Positions 47,923-57,265 of a stretch of 64,000 nucleotides of DNA are shown one piece after another (the first letter of the stretch is position 1; every line of letters begins with the position of its first letter). The notes beneath the pieces are model-generated. The model was not told where the DNA came from and did not search any database. It saw nothing but the letters and a program-made list of their open reading frames with translations. The translations under genes and the position numbers were made by a program. Location of the stretch: assembly GCA_038249635.1 (NCBI GenBank), contig JBBSDG010000001.1, forward strand, positions 2,037 to 66,036. The letters are read 5' to 3'. Source of the DNA: Bacteroidales bacterium. GTDB taxonomy: Bacteria > Bacteroidota > Bacteroidia > Bacteroidales > UBA4417.

Positions 47923-50562
47923 TCACTTTCGCTTTAACGTCACCACTACATATGGTGTTTCTTGCTCCAAATCTGGATAAATACAGCCATGACCTTCGTT
48001 ATCCATCACTTCGATAAAATACATAAAATCGAATTTGGGGTCAATCTGACTGGCAGGTATTGTTGCCTGAAAAACATCACTTTCTGCGTCAAGCTTCATC
48101 GGTAATGCTTCATAATCCAGGTGTTGATTTACTGCACGATACCGAAGCCTTGCCCATTTAATCCCGGAGGACGCTTTTATGCTTGCTTTTATTTGTATGT
48201 CTTGATTCACGGGGATATTGGTAATTGCCTGATGCTGTATTTGAAAAAGTGCATGGGGATCAGCAACAGCTGTGGCTTTGAAAACGGGAGAAATTCTTGG
48301 CTTATCGGTTTTCCCGATAGTGGTTCTTTCATTCTGAAGCTGTTTCAAACCATCTTCCAGATCACCAAGTTCATCAATCCAATGGCCGGAAAGACGATGC
48401 TTGATACCCATAAATAGAATCTCACGGGTGCCAAACATCAAATCAGATGCATATACATCGCCTGCAGCTTCAACTATTTTTAGCCAGGCATCAATGGCCT
48501 TTTTTTCATAGCTTATCGCATCATCCAATGCATAAGGGTCGTTGGTGCGTTTATAAATACAATAACTTACTGCAGCCGGAATACGTTTGGAATGATACAA
48601 GGCTAAATTCGAAAGAATTTTCAGATCGGTAATGGTCGAAAAGAACTCCTTATTGCCTGATGGCATTAAATTTTCAGCCATTGTAATTAGTTGATTCAAT
48701 TCACTATTGCGTTGTGCAAACCATACACTTGTTGCAGAAGGCAACTGTTTGGTTGTTTCACCACCTTCAGTTAATAGTTGTGCTTCGGTATCAAAACTTG
48801 CAAATTGCTGAATATCGCTACCCTCAGCCATTGCATATTGAGGTAGGTCGCCATAATTTTGTTTTTCAGGCCAGCCACAGGTTGTAGGAAATTTTGCGTA
48901 AGGCGAACATGCAGCCACGATTGTTGGCAATACCCAACTAGCTTTGTGCAAGGCTTCTTCTACAATTGCTCCGGCTTCCTTTCCAAATCGCATTTCAAAC
49001 TCGCGATCCCAAACTTCAGATGCTGTATTAGGATTATAACCCAAACGACCAAAAACCTGAAAGAAATGCCAATATCGCTCGAATTCGTAATTGTAATAAA
49101 CGTATGGTGGATTTAACAAATCGAATGGCTGAATGTTATGGGGTTGGGCTTCCATTTTTGTAGCAAGCGGTTCGTTCACTTCAAAACCTTCCCCATCATA
49201 AAGATGCGTGCTACCCACAAATCGTTGAACATACTGCGGGTCGCCCCAAAGTAGAATACGTTGTGTGCCACCAGTCCACAAACGCCAATGAAGTTTATAA
49301 TTTTTTGGATAGCGGAGCATGTCAGCATACCCTTGTCTGCGACCGAATTGGTTTTCGCGATTAATGTGTGTGGGGTGAAAAGGAAGCCCCATTTGTTCCA
49401 TCCAATATTTAGTGGTAATCCGAAAATTCAGATTAAGATCAGATGCTATTTTAATAATCGATTCAGGCAAATCTTTGGCACGTAAATCAATTTGAAACAT
49501 AGGAGAAGTTGTTTTGAGCATGTGAAACACCTCTGTCCAGAAAAGTTCCATTTCAGCTCCTTTTTTAAGACCCGATTCGCTATGCATGCGAAATTGAATT
49601 CCATCAAGTCCGGGTACTTTCTGTATTAACTTGGCCAGGGCTGCTTTGGTATAATTGGATAAATTGCTTGCATCCAAGCCTTCAACCAAATGATTTTTAT
49701 CCATTTTTGCCAATTCTTCTTCCGTTAAGCCGCCTGTTTGAATTCCTCCGCGATAAATATGGTCCCAAATTCCTACCTTAAAATCAATACCTCTCTCATG
49801 GGCCATTTCAATCATACGGTTAAGTGCCACCAGATTTTTCTCTTGTTCTTCAACTGTCAGATTTCCCATTTTTATAGTTGGAAATCCGTCAACATTAAAA
49901 AAGTAAGGATAACATGGGGCAAGAAAACCTCCATTTTCATAACCAAAAATTAAAACGATACAATTGAAACGATTTTCGGCCAACATATCCATGTAGTTTG
50001 CCCAATAATCTTCGTTGTAAAACCTGCTTTCCCAATATGCACGATTCATGGTGTACATGGATATGGCACGGGTAACAACTTCGGGCGATTCATTAACAGG
50101 AATTACTTCGCTAAACGGATCATTTGCATTTGAACTCCAGCTAATGCGTTCAGCTACATCAAGCAGCGCATACATTAATCCGCGATCGTCAGCGCCATTA
50201 ATTACCCAAACCGGTTTTTGCTGAAATTCTGTTTTCCAGATAGATAATGACTCGGGCTGGCTTAATGTTGGCTGGTTTGTATCATGAGCCAATTTTGCAG
50301 CAGTACCATTACCTGAAGTTAATCCAACAATTAAAATAGCTGTACCTTTTGCTTGTTTCAACGAACGAATTAACTCATAGGAAATGTTTTGCTTTTCCAG
50401 ATTCTTGGTCAATTTAGTCATACCATGTTGAACCGAACTTCCAATTGATTGATCAGTTATGATGGAAACATACGGATTCTGTTTGCCTGCAAACGCCGTC
50501 GAATAAATGGCAAATAATAAGCAAATAGATGATAATGTTCTATGAACAATTGATTGATGCAT
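47923..50562 (-). CDS. Exported 879-aa hydrolase-like protein, family unassigned
   Basis: It has a signal peptide. The N-domain ends in VWVINGADDRGLMYALLDVAERI, a GH20b/alpha-glucuronidase-N-like hallmark. A putative TIM barrel follows (RAISMYTMNRAYWESRFYNEDYWANYMDMLAENRFNCIVLIFGYENGG..., ERGIDFKVGIWDHIY). The C-terminus looks like a beta-sandwich (WARLRYRAVNQHLDYEALPM...FDFMYFIEVMDNEGHG). It is distantly similar in layout to 24667..26964. Confidence 0.4.
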   Translation of the reverse strand: MHQSIVHRTLSSICLLFAIYSTAFAGKQNPYVSIITDQSIGSSVQHGMTKLTKNLEKQNISYELIRSLKQAKGTAILIVGLTSGNGTAAKLAHDTNQPTLSQPESLSIWKTEFQQKPVWVINGADDRGLMYALLDVAERISWSSNANDPFSEVIPVNESPEVVTRAISMYTMNRAYWESRFYNEDYWANYMDMLAENRFNCIVLIFGYENGGFLAPCYPYFFNVDGFPTIKMGNLTVEEQEKNLVALNRMIEMAHERGIDFKVGIWDHIYRGGIQTGGLTEEELAKMDKNHLVEGLDASNLSNYTKAALAKLIQKVPGLDGIQFRMHSESGLKKGAEMELFWTEVFHMLKTTSPMFQIDLRAKDLPESIIKIASDLNLNFRITTKYWMEQMGLPFHPTHINRENQFGRRQGYADMLRYPKNYKLHWRLWTGGTQRILLWGDPQYVQRFVGSTHLYDGEGFEVNEPLATKMEAQPHNIQPFDLLNPPYVYYNYEFERYWHFFQVFGRLGYNPNTASEVWDREFEMRFGKEAGAIVEEALHKASWVLPTIVAACSPYAKFPTTCGWPEKQNYGDLPQYAMAEGSDIQQFASFDTEAQLLTEGGETTKQLPSATSVWFAQRNSELNQLITMAENLMPSGNKEFFSTITDLKILSNLALYHSKRIPAAVSYCIYKRTNDPYALDDAISYEKKAIDAWLKIVEAAGDVYASDLMFGTREILFMGIKHRLSGHWIDELGDLEDGLKQLQNERTTIGKTDKPRISPVFKATAVADPHALFQIQHQAITNIPVNQDIQIKASIKASSGIKWARLRYRAVNQHLDYEALPMKLDAESDVFQATIPASQIDPKFDFMYFIEVMDNEGHGCIYPDLEQETPYVVVTLKRK

Positions 50563-50596
50563 TATATAAGTTATATGTTTGCCTTTCGATCACACT

Positions 50597-51457
50597 CTAT
50601 AGGCTTAGTAAATATTTTACACTTGGTTCAAAAGTTACAGGAGCCATTTCGACATAGAAATTTTTCACTCCACCAATTTTAGCAGCTTCAAAAAAGTCAG
50701 GCCAATCAACTATTCCTTGTCCAATAGAAACCTGCGCATCTTTTGCCGTATTCCAATCGGACAAATGCGCAGAAATAAACCGACCGGGATGTTTCCGGAA
50801 ATAATCAGCAGCTTTGTAGCCAATATTTGCTACTGCTACTTGAAATTGCATTTTCACTAATTCGGGATCTAATGCATCTAATAAGGCATCATAAATGATT
50901 TCATCGCCTCTTTTTTCAAATTCCATGTGGTGATTGTGGAAACCCATCTGTAAGCCAGCTGCTTTCACCTTTTTGGCAATAATGTTCAGTCCTGCAGCCG
51001 ATTTGCGGTAATTTTCAATTGTTTGTTCTTCCTTTGGCAACCAAAAGCTTGAAAGCATCATCTGTTTCATCCCCATTTGATGCGCCCAATCAATTCGATC
51101 ATTAAGGTTCTCTTGCAGTTCGCCCAGGTTAAAATGAGAGCTTGTACATTTAAGACCGTTATCTTCAATAATCTTGCGCAGTTCGGTACCACTTAGTTTA
51201 TTCAGAGGTGCAAACCCTGTCTTGATATAACCCAAAGGAGAGCACATCTCTATTTCCTTGTACCCAAAGGCAGCCATTTTTTTACACGTACCAGCAAGAT
51301 CTTTGTTCAGATCTTCCTTGATGGTCCATGTCTGAAATCCAAATGATTTTACAGTATTTGCTTCAGTGCCTAAGGCAAAGCTATTTTTGCTTAACAGTGC
51401 TATTGCCCCAAGGGCTATGCTACTTGTTTTTAAAAATTTACGTCTAGACGATTTCAT
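50597..51457 (-). CDS. Xylose-isomerase-like TIM-barrel (sugar phosphate isomerase/epimerase family) protein with Tat signal
   Basis: 286 aa. The twin-arginine leader is MKSSRRKFLKTSSIALGAIALLS. The body (GYKEIEM..., GLQMGFHNHHMEFE, YVEMAP) fits the AP-endonuclease-2 / xylose-isomerase-like barrel. Confidence 0.8.
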   Translation of the reverse strand: MKSSRRKFLKTSSIALGAIALLSKNSFALGTEANTVKSFGFQTWTIKEDLNKDLAGTCKKMAAFGYKEIEMCSPLGYIKTGFAPLNKLSGTELRKIIEDNGLKCTSSHFNLGELQENLNDRIDWAHQMGMKQMMLSSFWLPKEEQTIENYRKSAAGLNIIAKKVKAAGLQMGFHNHHMEFEKRGDEIIYDALLDALDPELVKMQFQVAVANIGYKAADYFRKHPGRFISAHLSDWNTAKDAQVSIGQGIVDWPDFFEAAKIGGVKNFYVEMAPVTFEPSVKYLLSL

Positions 51458-51486
51458 GAGTTTAACTTTTAATTTTTAGTTTTTTA

Positions 51487-53067
51487 TTAAATATCTTCAA
51501 GCTTCCAACCGTTTCGATATTCCCGGTTTAAGTAATTATTTGCATTTAAATCATTTGTAATCTTCATATTATCCGCATCGTATTTCAATGTTTTGCGGGC
51601 ACGAAGCGACACTGCATAAAGGTTAATGGCTTCGGTAATTGGCCATGCCTGACGGAAACTGCCAGCAACTTGTTTATTGTTCTTAACACCTTCAATAAAG
51701 CGTTCAACCCCACCTTGCTTTCCAGCTCCTGCTGCCGCAGAAACGGCTTCTGAAAGTTTAATATCTCCCGAAAGGATAAATGGATCGCTGACTCTAAACC
51801 CGGATGTCATTATGATTCCTTTGTCGCCGACAAACATCATTCCTTCATCTGGAAATTCTTTATCCTTCTTGTAGAATTCCTCTGGCACAGGGGGTTTCAT
51901 TCCACCATCGTACCAGATCAGATCTACCGCATTTCTGTTTCCCTTTGCAGGATATTTAAATCGTACTGAAGAGGCATACGGAAATGAGAAATCGTTTTCA
52001 ATGGTATAAGCAGTAACATTATTTTTTATATCGCAAACATGACTCAGATTTGGTTCGATGATCATTGGTTTTTCGAGCTGTAGCGCATCAAAAACGGTCC
52101 AAAGACTATAATGTCCCATATCTGCCATTGAACCGCCACCAAAGTCATACCATCCACGGAAAACCATGTTGGTGTAATGGGGATGGTAAGCACGTTCAGC
52201 TTCAGGTCCAAGCCATAAGTCCCAATCAAATCCTTCAGGAAGTTTTGGCTGATCGGTTGGAATTTTTGTATAGTGCGGCCATACCGGTCTGCGCGACCAA
52301 TTGTGAACTTCTTTCAGTTGACCGATCGCGCCACCGTTGATCCATAGCATAATCTGGTCCATTGATCCATTCGAATCCCAGGGAATCAGATGAGTTACCA
52401 CATCGGTTTTTAATGCCATATCAATAACTTTTCTCCCCTCCATCAGACGATTGGAAAGTGGTTTGTGCATGGTAATAGGAATACCTCTTTTCAATGCCGA
52501 CATGGTAATTACACCATGCAGATGATCGGGAGTCATGACTTTAATTGCATCAATTCCTTTCTCTTTTTCAAAGAGTTCACGAAAATCAGCATAAGCCTTG
52601 CATCCTTTGTAATTGTTTATTTGTTTTGAATGTGCGTAATAACCATCAACAATCGCTTTTCCATTGTCTCGACCACCGGGAATGGTATTGCTACCTCCCG
52701 TTACCCAATTTGGATTACCAATGGTTTTACGCATCAGATCAAGCAAGCCGTTTGGACTCCAATCAAAATACCCGGTAGCTTTCTTTTGGGGATCGCATAC
52801 GGCAATTATCTGAACATCCGGAAGCCTCAACAAATCAGGGAGTTCACGCAAACCCTGGGTTCCCAGACCAATGTAGGCCACATTGATTTTGTCACTTGGA
52901 GCAATGTACTTACTTCCACCCAAAACAAAGGAAGGAAGTATCGTTAACCCAACTGCTGAAGTAGTAATTCCGCCGATAAACTTCCGGCGATCCATTGATT
53001 TTTCAGCACTTACTGATTCTGATTTTGCAATGGGTCCCTTTTTTTGAATTTCAAATTTATCTTCCAT
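51487..53067 (-). CDS. Gfo/Idh/MocA family NAD(P)-dependent oxidoreductase with Tat signal
   Basis: 526 aa. The likely true start is MDRRKFIGGITTSAVGLTILPSFVLG at 52995 (twin-arginine). The Rossmann start is INVAYIGLGTQGLRE. The remainder has the typical Gfo/Idh/MocA glycoside-dehydrogenase-like layout. Confidence 0.85.
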   Translation of the reverse strand: MEDKFEIQKKGPIAKSESVSAEKSMDRRKFIGGITTSAVGLTILPSFVLGGSKYIAPSDKINVAYIGLGTQGLRELPDLLRLPDVQIIAVCDPQKKATGYFDWSPNGLLDLMRKTIGNPNWVTGGSNTIPGGRDNGKAIVDGYYAHSKQINNYKGCKAYADFRELFEKEKGIDAIKVMTPDHLHGVITMSALKRGIPITMHKPLSNRLMEGRKVIDMALKTDVVTHLIPWDSNGSMDQIMLWINGGAIGQLKEVHNWSRRPVWPHYTKIPTDQPKLPEGFDWDLWLGPEAERAYHPHYTNMVFRGWYDFGGGSMADMGHYSLWTVFDALQLEKPMIIEPNLSHVCDIKNNVTAYTIENDFSFPYASSVRFKYPAKGNRNAVDLIWYDGGMKPPVPEEFYKKDKEFPDEGMMFVGDKGIIMTSGFRVSDPFILSGDIKLSEAVSAAAGAGKQGGVERFIEGVKNNKQVAGSFRQAWPITEAINLYAVSLRARKTLKYDADNMKITNDLNANNYLNREYRNGWKLEDI

Positions 53068-53080
53068 AATTTAAATTCGC

Positions 53081-53887
53081 TTACTTTTTTAGAAATTTCT
53101 CCATTGGTACTACCTCATCGAATTCCTTGATTTCAATGTTTCGGTAATAGATCTCTGCGGTTTCAGATTGCAAACCGATAACACCTTCACTATATGGTAG
53201 CTTGGTGGCCATATTCACAATTTTACCATTCAGTTTATGAATAGCGTATTCATTGCCCATGACAATCACCTCGCATTTGTTCCATTTACCATTCAACGCA
53301 TTGAACCTGGAATCTTTAGCACAGCAGTGTTCTCCCTTTTTCAGTGGCATTGTTTTTCCACCTTCTGACGGAAGTGCAAAAGTTTGACCATCATTTGAAT
53401 ACCATTGAATTTGTTGAGCCCAAAAATCTCCGGTATGATTCATGTTTTTTGCGTGGTCGTATCGTATCTGATATTCAATTCCTTTCGGCCAGATATTGTC
53501 ATCAACCACATGGTAATACATACCGGCATCGTACTGAAATACCTTGAAATTATTCGCAATTCCGGTGCCCCACTTGTATTCGAATTTGAAGATGAACTTG
53601 CTGTATTTTTTATTGGTATAAAACAGCCCGTGGGTTAAATTTCCGCCAGTATTCAATTCGTACTCTTTGGGGAAATCCTTGAAAACATGTACCATGCCAT
53701 CATCAACTGCATACACTTTTTTAGCCAGTTCGGCATCGTTGGAGCGGATTTTCAGGTACCATCCATCCAGATTTTTACCATTGAAGAGGCTAACAAAACC
53801 ACCTTTTCCCTTTGCATTTGAAACGGTAAAACTTAGGGCAATTAGCATAATTACAGCAAAAAACTGAATTAATATTTTTCGATTCAT
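53081..53887 (-). CDS. DUF1080 (3-keto-disaccharide hydrolase family) protein, exported
   Basis: 268 aa with a signal peptide. Contains FVSLFNGKNLDGWYLK and the C-terminal YYRNIEIKE. Confidence 0.85.
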   Translation of the reverse strand: MNRKILIQFFAVIMLIALSFTVSNAKGKGGFVSLFNGKNLDGWYLKIRSNDAELAKKVYAVDDGMVHVFKDFPKEYELNTGGNLTHGLFYTNKKYSKFIFKFEYKWGTGIANNFKVFQYDAGMYYHVVDDNIWPKGIEYQIRYDHAKNMNHTGDFWAQQIQWYSNDGQTFALPSEGGKTMPLKKGEHCCAKDSRFNALNGKWNKCEVIVMGNEYAIHKLNGKIVNMATKLPYSEGVIGLQSETAEIYYRNIEIKEFDEVVPMEKFLKK

Positions 53888-53959
53888 TGTGTTTTATTTT
53901 AAATGAAGTTAAGGTTGACCTTAAAAATTGATATAAGTCTAATTCAAAAGTTATTGTAT

Positions 53960-55486
53960 TTAGTATTGATTCTTATGTTTGAAATCTGAATTTCTATAAT
54001 TACTATTTTTCTTGAGCGGAATCTTCAAACCATCGGTCTTTTCCATCCAATCGTTTAAATCCAGTAAATGTTTTTTAATTAACGGCTGAATTTCAGGTTT
54101 CTCAATCAAGTTGTACATTTCGTTCGGATCGTTTTGGATATCGTAGAATTCATTCCGATCCCAGATTCCCTGATACCGAATGTATTTATATTGGTCGGTA
54201 CGAACTCCAAACATGGTCGGAGTCATGGGATATTGGTATTCCCAAAAATATTCATAAAAAATACGGTCGCGCCAGTTCGTCTCATCACCTTTTAGCAATT
54301 GAATAACGGAATAACCTGGCATGTACTCCGGTTTTTTCAGACCGGCCATTTCCAGACAAGTTGGAGCAATATCGGTATTTTGCACCATTTTTTCAATCAC
54401 TTTACCACCTCTAAATAATTCGGGACACCGCACCAGAAAAGGAACTTTCACCGACTCTTCGTAGAAATGCCGTTTATCGATCAGGCCATGTTCGCCCCAG
54501 CTAAAACCATTGTCGCCCATATAGATCACTAGTGTCGATTCGTCCAACCCTTCCTGTTTTAGGCAATCCATCACCGAACCTACACTTTCGTCTACGCCCA
54601 ACAAAGTTTCGCAATATTCCTGCACCATGGTGTTCATATCATTATTTCCACTGTAAATGTAATCAACACCATGGCAACTGATGCGCTGCGCCGCTACCCA
54701 TTCAGGCCATTTCATCTCACGGTATGCCCCTGTCTTGGTTTGGTCGTAAGTAACAGGAAGCAAGTATTTTTTGTCCTTGTACCTACCTTTATGGCGCTTT
54801 GCGGGAAGAAATCTTGAATGAACCGCTTTGTGCGACAGATATACAAAAAATGGCTTGGTCTTGTCCCGTTCCTTCAACCATTTTAGGGTATGTTCTGTAA
54901 GTAAGTCAGTAATATAAGTTGAATCTTTATAAACTACCTGTTTGCCGTCGATATTTAATACCGGATTGTAATAGACTCCCTGTCCCTTGAAGCTTTCCCA
55001 ATGATTGAACCCTGGACGGGGTGCATCCGATTCATCACCCATGTGCCATTTCCCGAAGAAAGCTGTTTGGTAACCACTTGCCTGAAGATATTGCGGGAAA
55101 TAAGTAAGATTACTAGGATCGGGAGCCTGATTGTCAACAATGGTATGCGTGTGTGAATACATTCCGGTAAGAATAGAAGCCCTACTGGGAGAACAAAGCG
55201 AGGTAGTTACAAATGCATTTTTGAACCAGGCACCTTCGGCAGCCAGTTTATCCATATTGGGTGTTTGGAGCCACGGCACTTTGCCGGTAAAACCAATAAA
55301 ATCGTAACGGTGATCATCGGTCAGGATGAAAATAATATTTCGTGGTTTTACATTCTTATCTATTTGAAGCGGTTTGAAATTCGAATTAGTTTTTTGAGAA
55401 AAACCACTTAGCGGAGCATATAACACGAGTGCTCCCAATAGTAATTTGGGCGTAATCATTATTTGCTTATTATTCGTTTTTAACAA
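53960..55486 (-). CDS. S1 family sulfatase (third member of the paralog trio)
   Basis: 508 aa with a signal peptide. Motifs: FILTDDHRYD and LCSPSRASILTG. It has long runs identical to 29868..31370 and to the pseudogene 5449..6858. Confidence 0.93.
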   Translation of the reverse strand: MLKTNNKQIMITPKLLLGALVLYAPLSGFSQKTNSNFKPLQIDKNVKPRNIIFILTDDHRYDFIGFTGKVPWLQTPNMDKLAAEGAWFKNAFVTTSLCSPSRASILTGMYSHTHTIVDNQAPDPSNLTYFPQYLQASGYQTAFFGKWHMGDESDAPRPGFNHWESFKGQGVYYNPVLNIDGKQVVYKDSTYITDLLTEHTLKWLKERDKTKPFFVYLSHKAVHSRFLPAKRHKGRYKDKKYLLPVTYDQTKTGAYREMKWPEWVAAQRISCHGVDYIYSGNNDMNTMVQEYCETLLGVDESVGSVMDCLKQEGLDESTLVIYMGDNGFSWGEHGLIDKRHFYEESVKVPFLVRCPELFRGGKVIEKMVQNTDIAPTCLEMAGLKKPEYMPGYSVIQLLKGDETNWRDRIFYEYFWEYQYPMTPTMFGVRTDQYKYIRYQGIWDRNEFYDIQNDPNEMYNLIEKPEIQPLIKKHLLDLNDWMEKTDGLKIPLKKNSNYRNSDFKHKNQY

Positions 55487-55566
55487 CTTGGCATTAAAAT
55501 CACAAAAGACTTATAGGAAACCCCGGGGCAGAGCCCCAAGGTTTTCTTTAAGTTAAGATGAGAAAA

Positions 55567-57219
55567 TCAATACCCATCGTTCTGTTGTAGTCCATAAGTA
55601 ACCACATCATTTTGAGGTAATGGCCATAGGCCTTTTTTAGCTTGATAAGCAGCAGGATAGGCCAATTTGCTAATCCTCCCGGTACGAATAAGATCGTAAT
55701 ATCTAATCCCTTCCAGTGCAAATTCTACCCTGCGTTCATGCCAGATATCTTCCAACAATGCCTGCCCGGTTGATGCAACATCAGGCACTTTGGCATTTGG
55801 AAAAGGTTTATAATTAATCGGAACTAAATTGGCATCGTAATCACCTAAAAATGCTCCGAGAGGATAAGTTGATAAACGCGCTCTTTTTCTTACAAGATTA
55901 ACCAGATTTCTAACTTCATCCTCTTTTCCTCCAAGACGATAAGCAGCTTCTGCATTCATAAGCAGTACGTCAGAGTATCTGATGACCCGGATGTTAACAG
56001 GGATTTGTCGTCTTCCTCCAGGTATGTATTTCAATGTAGGTACGCCTTTTCTCAAAGTTTTAAATATTTTGTAGTCGTATTCAGGAATTTTGGTCATCCA
56101 TAAATTTTCATTTACATTCGATTTCATCATAATATTTTGCACAATATTATATCCCCAACCTACAGGCCATGCCTCACTCATCATTGTACATTCCCTTCTG
56201 GGATCAACATCTCCGTTTTGCGAAAATTCGGCAAACAGATTATCTTTAGGCTGATTAAATCCCCAACCACCAAATCCTCTGACTCCCATGCGAAATGGCA
56301 CTTCATTTCCTGGCAAATCCCCAAATGCCGTCACAGACAAGTCGTTTACGTATTGCTGATCAAATACGGTTTCAGATTTATTTTCTCCATCCTGTTCAAA
56401 TACTGATGCATAATTTGGGAGTAAAGTGTATTTGCCTGAGTTGATGACCTCTTTGGTTTGATTGTAAACCTCCTGCCAAAGTGAAGTAACATTTATACCT
56501 GAATATTCAGGAGCCCGTTGCTTCATAATGTCGTTATAAAAATAACCTGTCTCATTCATGCAAACTCTTGCTTTTAGTGATCTGGCCGCACCCTTGGTTG
56601 CACGTCCAATATCAATATTTCCTTTTTCAGGTAACACCGAAATTGCATCATCCAAATCTTTTTTTACAAAATCAAAAATTTCTTTTTCTGTTGTTGATCT
56701 TTTTACTGAAACAAAATCAGCAGGCACAAGAACCTTATCTAATAAGGGCACCCTTCCATAAATAAGTACAAGTTTTGAATAGGCGAATGCTCTTAAAAAC
56801 TTAGCTTCTGCAATGTAAATCTTCTTGTTGTCAGAAAGATTTTCCTGCTTTTGAATTTGATTAATAACTTCATTGGTCCTTGTTATCAATTGATAGAGAT
56901 TCGCCCAATGAGGTTGTATGAGTGCATTCGAAGCTGCGCCCGTAAAGCTGGCCATCTCTTGAAACATAATTCCATCACTTAAACTGCTTCCGCCTTTTAC
57001 AGCATCATCAGTGGGTAAATCACCATTTGTCAGATACAATTGATCAAGGTTCATAGAGCGGTAACACGAAACGAGCGCTTTGAAACAATTCGCATCAATT
57101 TCATAATAGGTGCCTGAGTTTTCACTGTTTATTGGTTCTAAATTCAGCACTTTTTCGCTACAGGCATTTAGCAATAATATCCCTGATAGCGCTATTACTT
57201 TAAATATTGTTGTTTTCAT
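55567..57219 (-). CDS. SusD/RagB family nutrient-binding outer-membrane lipoprotein
   Basis: 550 aa. The lipobox is ILLLNAC. The C-terminal signature is ERRVEFALEGIRYYDLIRTG. It lies directly downstream of a SusC homolog. Confidence 0.92.
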   Translation of the reverse strand: MKTTIFKVIALSGILLLNACSEKVLNLEPINSENSGTYYEIDANCFKALVSCYRSMNLDQLYLTNGDLPTDDAVKGGSSLSDGIMFQEMASFTGAASNALIQPHWANLYQLITRTNEVINQIQKQENLSDNKKIYIAEAKFLRAFAYSKLVLIYGRVPLLDKVLVPADFVSVKRSTTEKEIFDFVKKDLDDAISVLPEKGNIDIGRATKGAARSLKARVCMNETGYFYNDIMKQRAPEYSGINVTSLWQEVYNQTKEVINSGKYTLLPNYASVFEQDGENKSETVFDQQYVNDLSVTAFGDLPGNEVPFRMGVRGFGGWGFNQPKDNLFAEFSQNGDVDPRRECTMMSEAWPVGWGYNIVQNIMMKSNVNENLWMTKIPEYDYKIFKTLRKGVPTLKYIPGGRRQIPVNIRVIRYSDVLLMNAEAAYRLGGKEDEVRNLVNLVRKRARLSTYPLGAFLGDYDANLVPINYKPFPNAKVPDVASTGQALLEDIWHERRVEFALEGIRYYDLIRTGRISKLAYPAAYQAKKGLWPLPQNDVVTYGLQQNDGY

Positions 57220-57265
57220 CTTGATAATTTAATAATAATTTCAATGAATAATTTATAACTATAAA

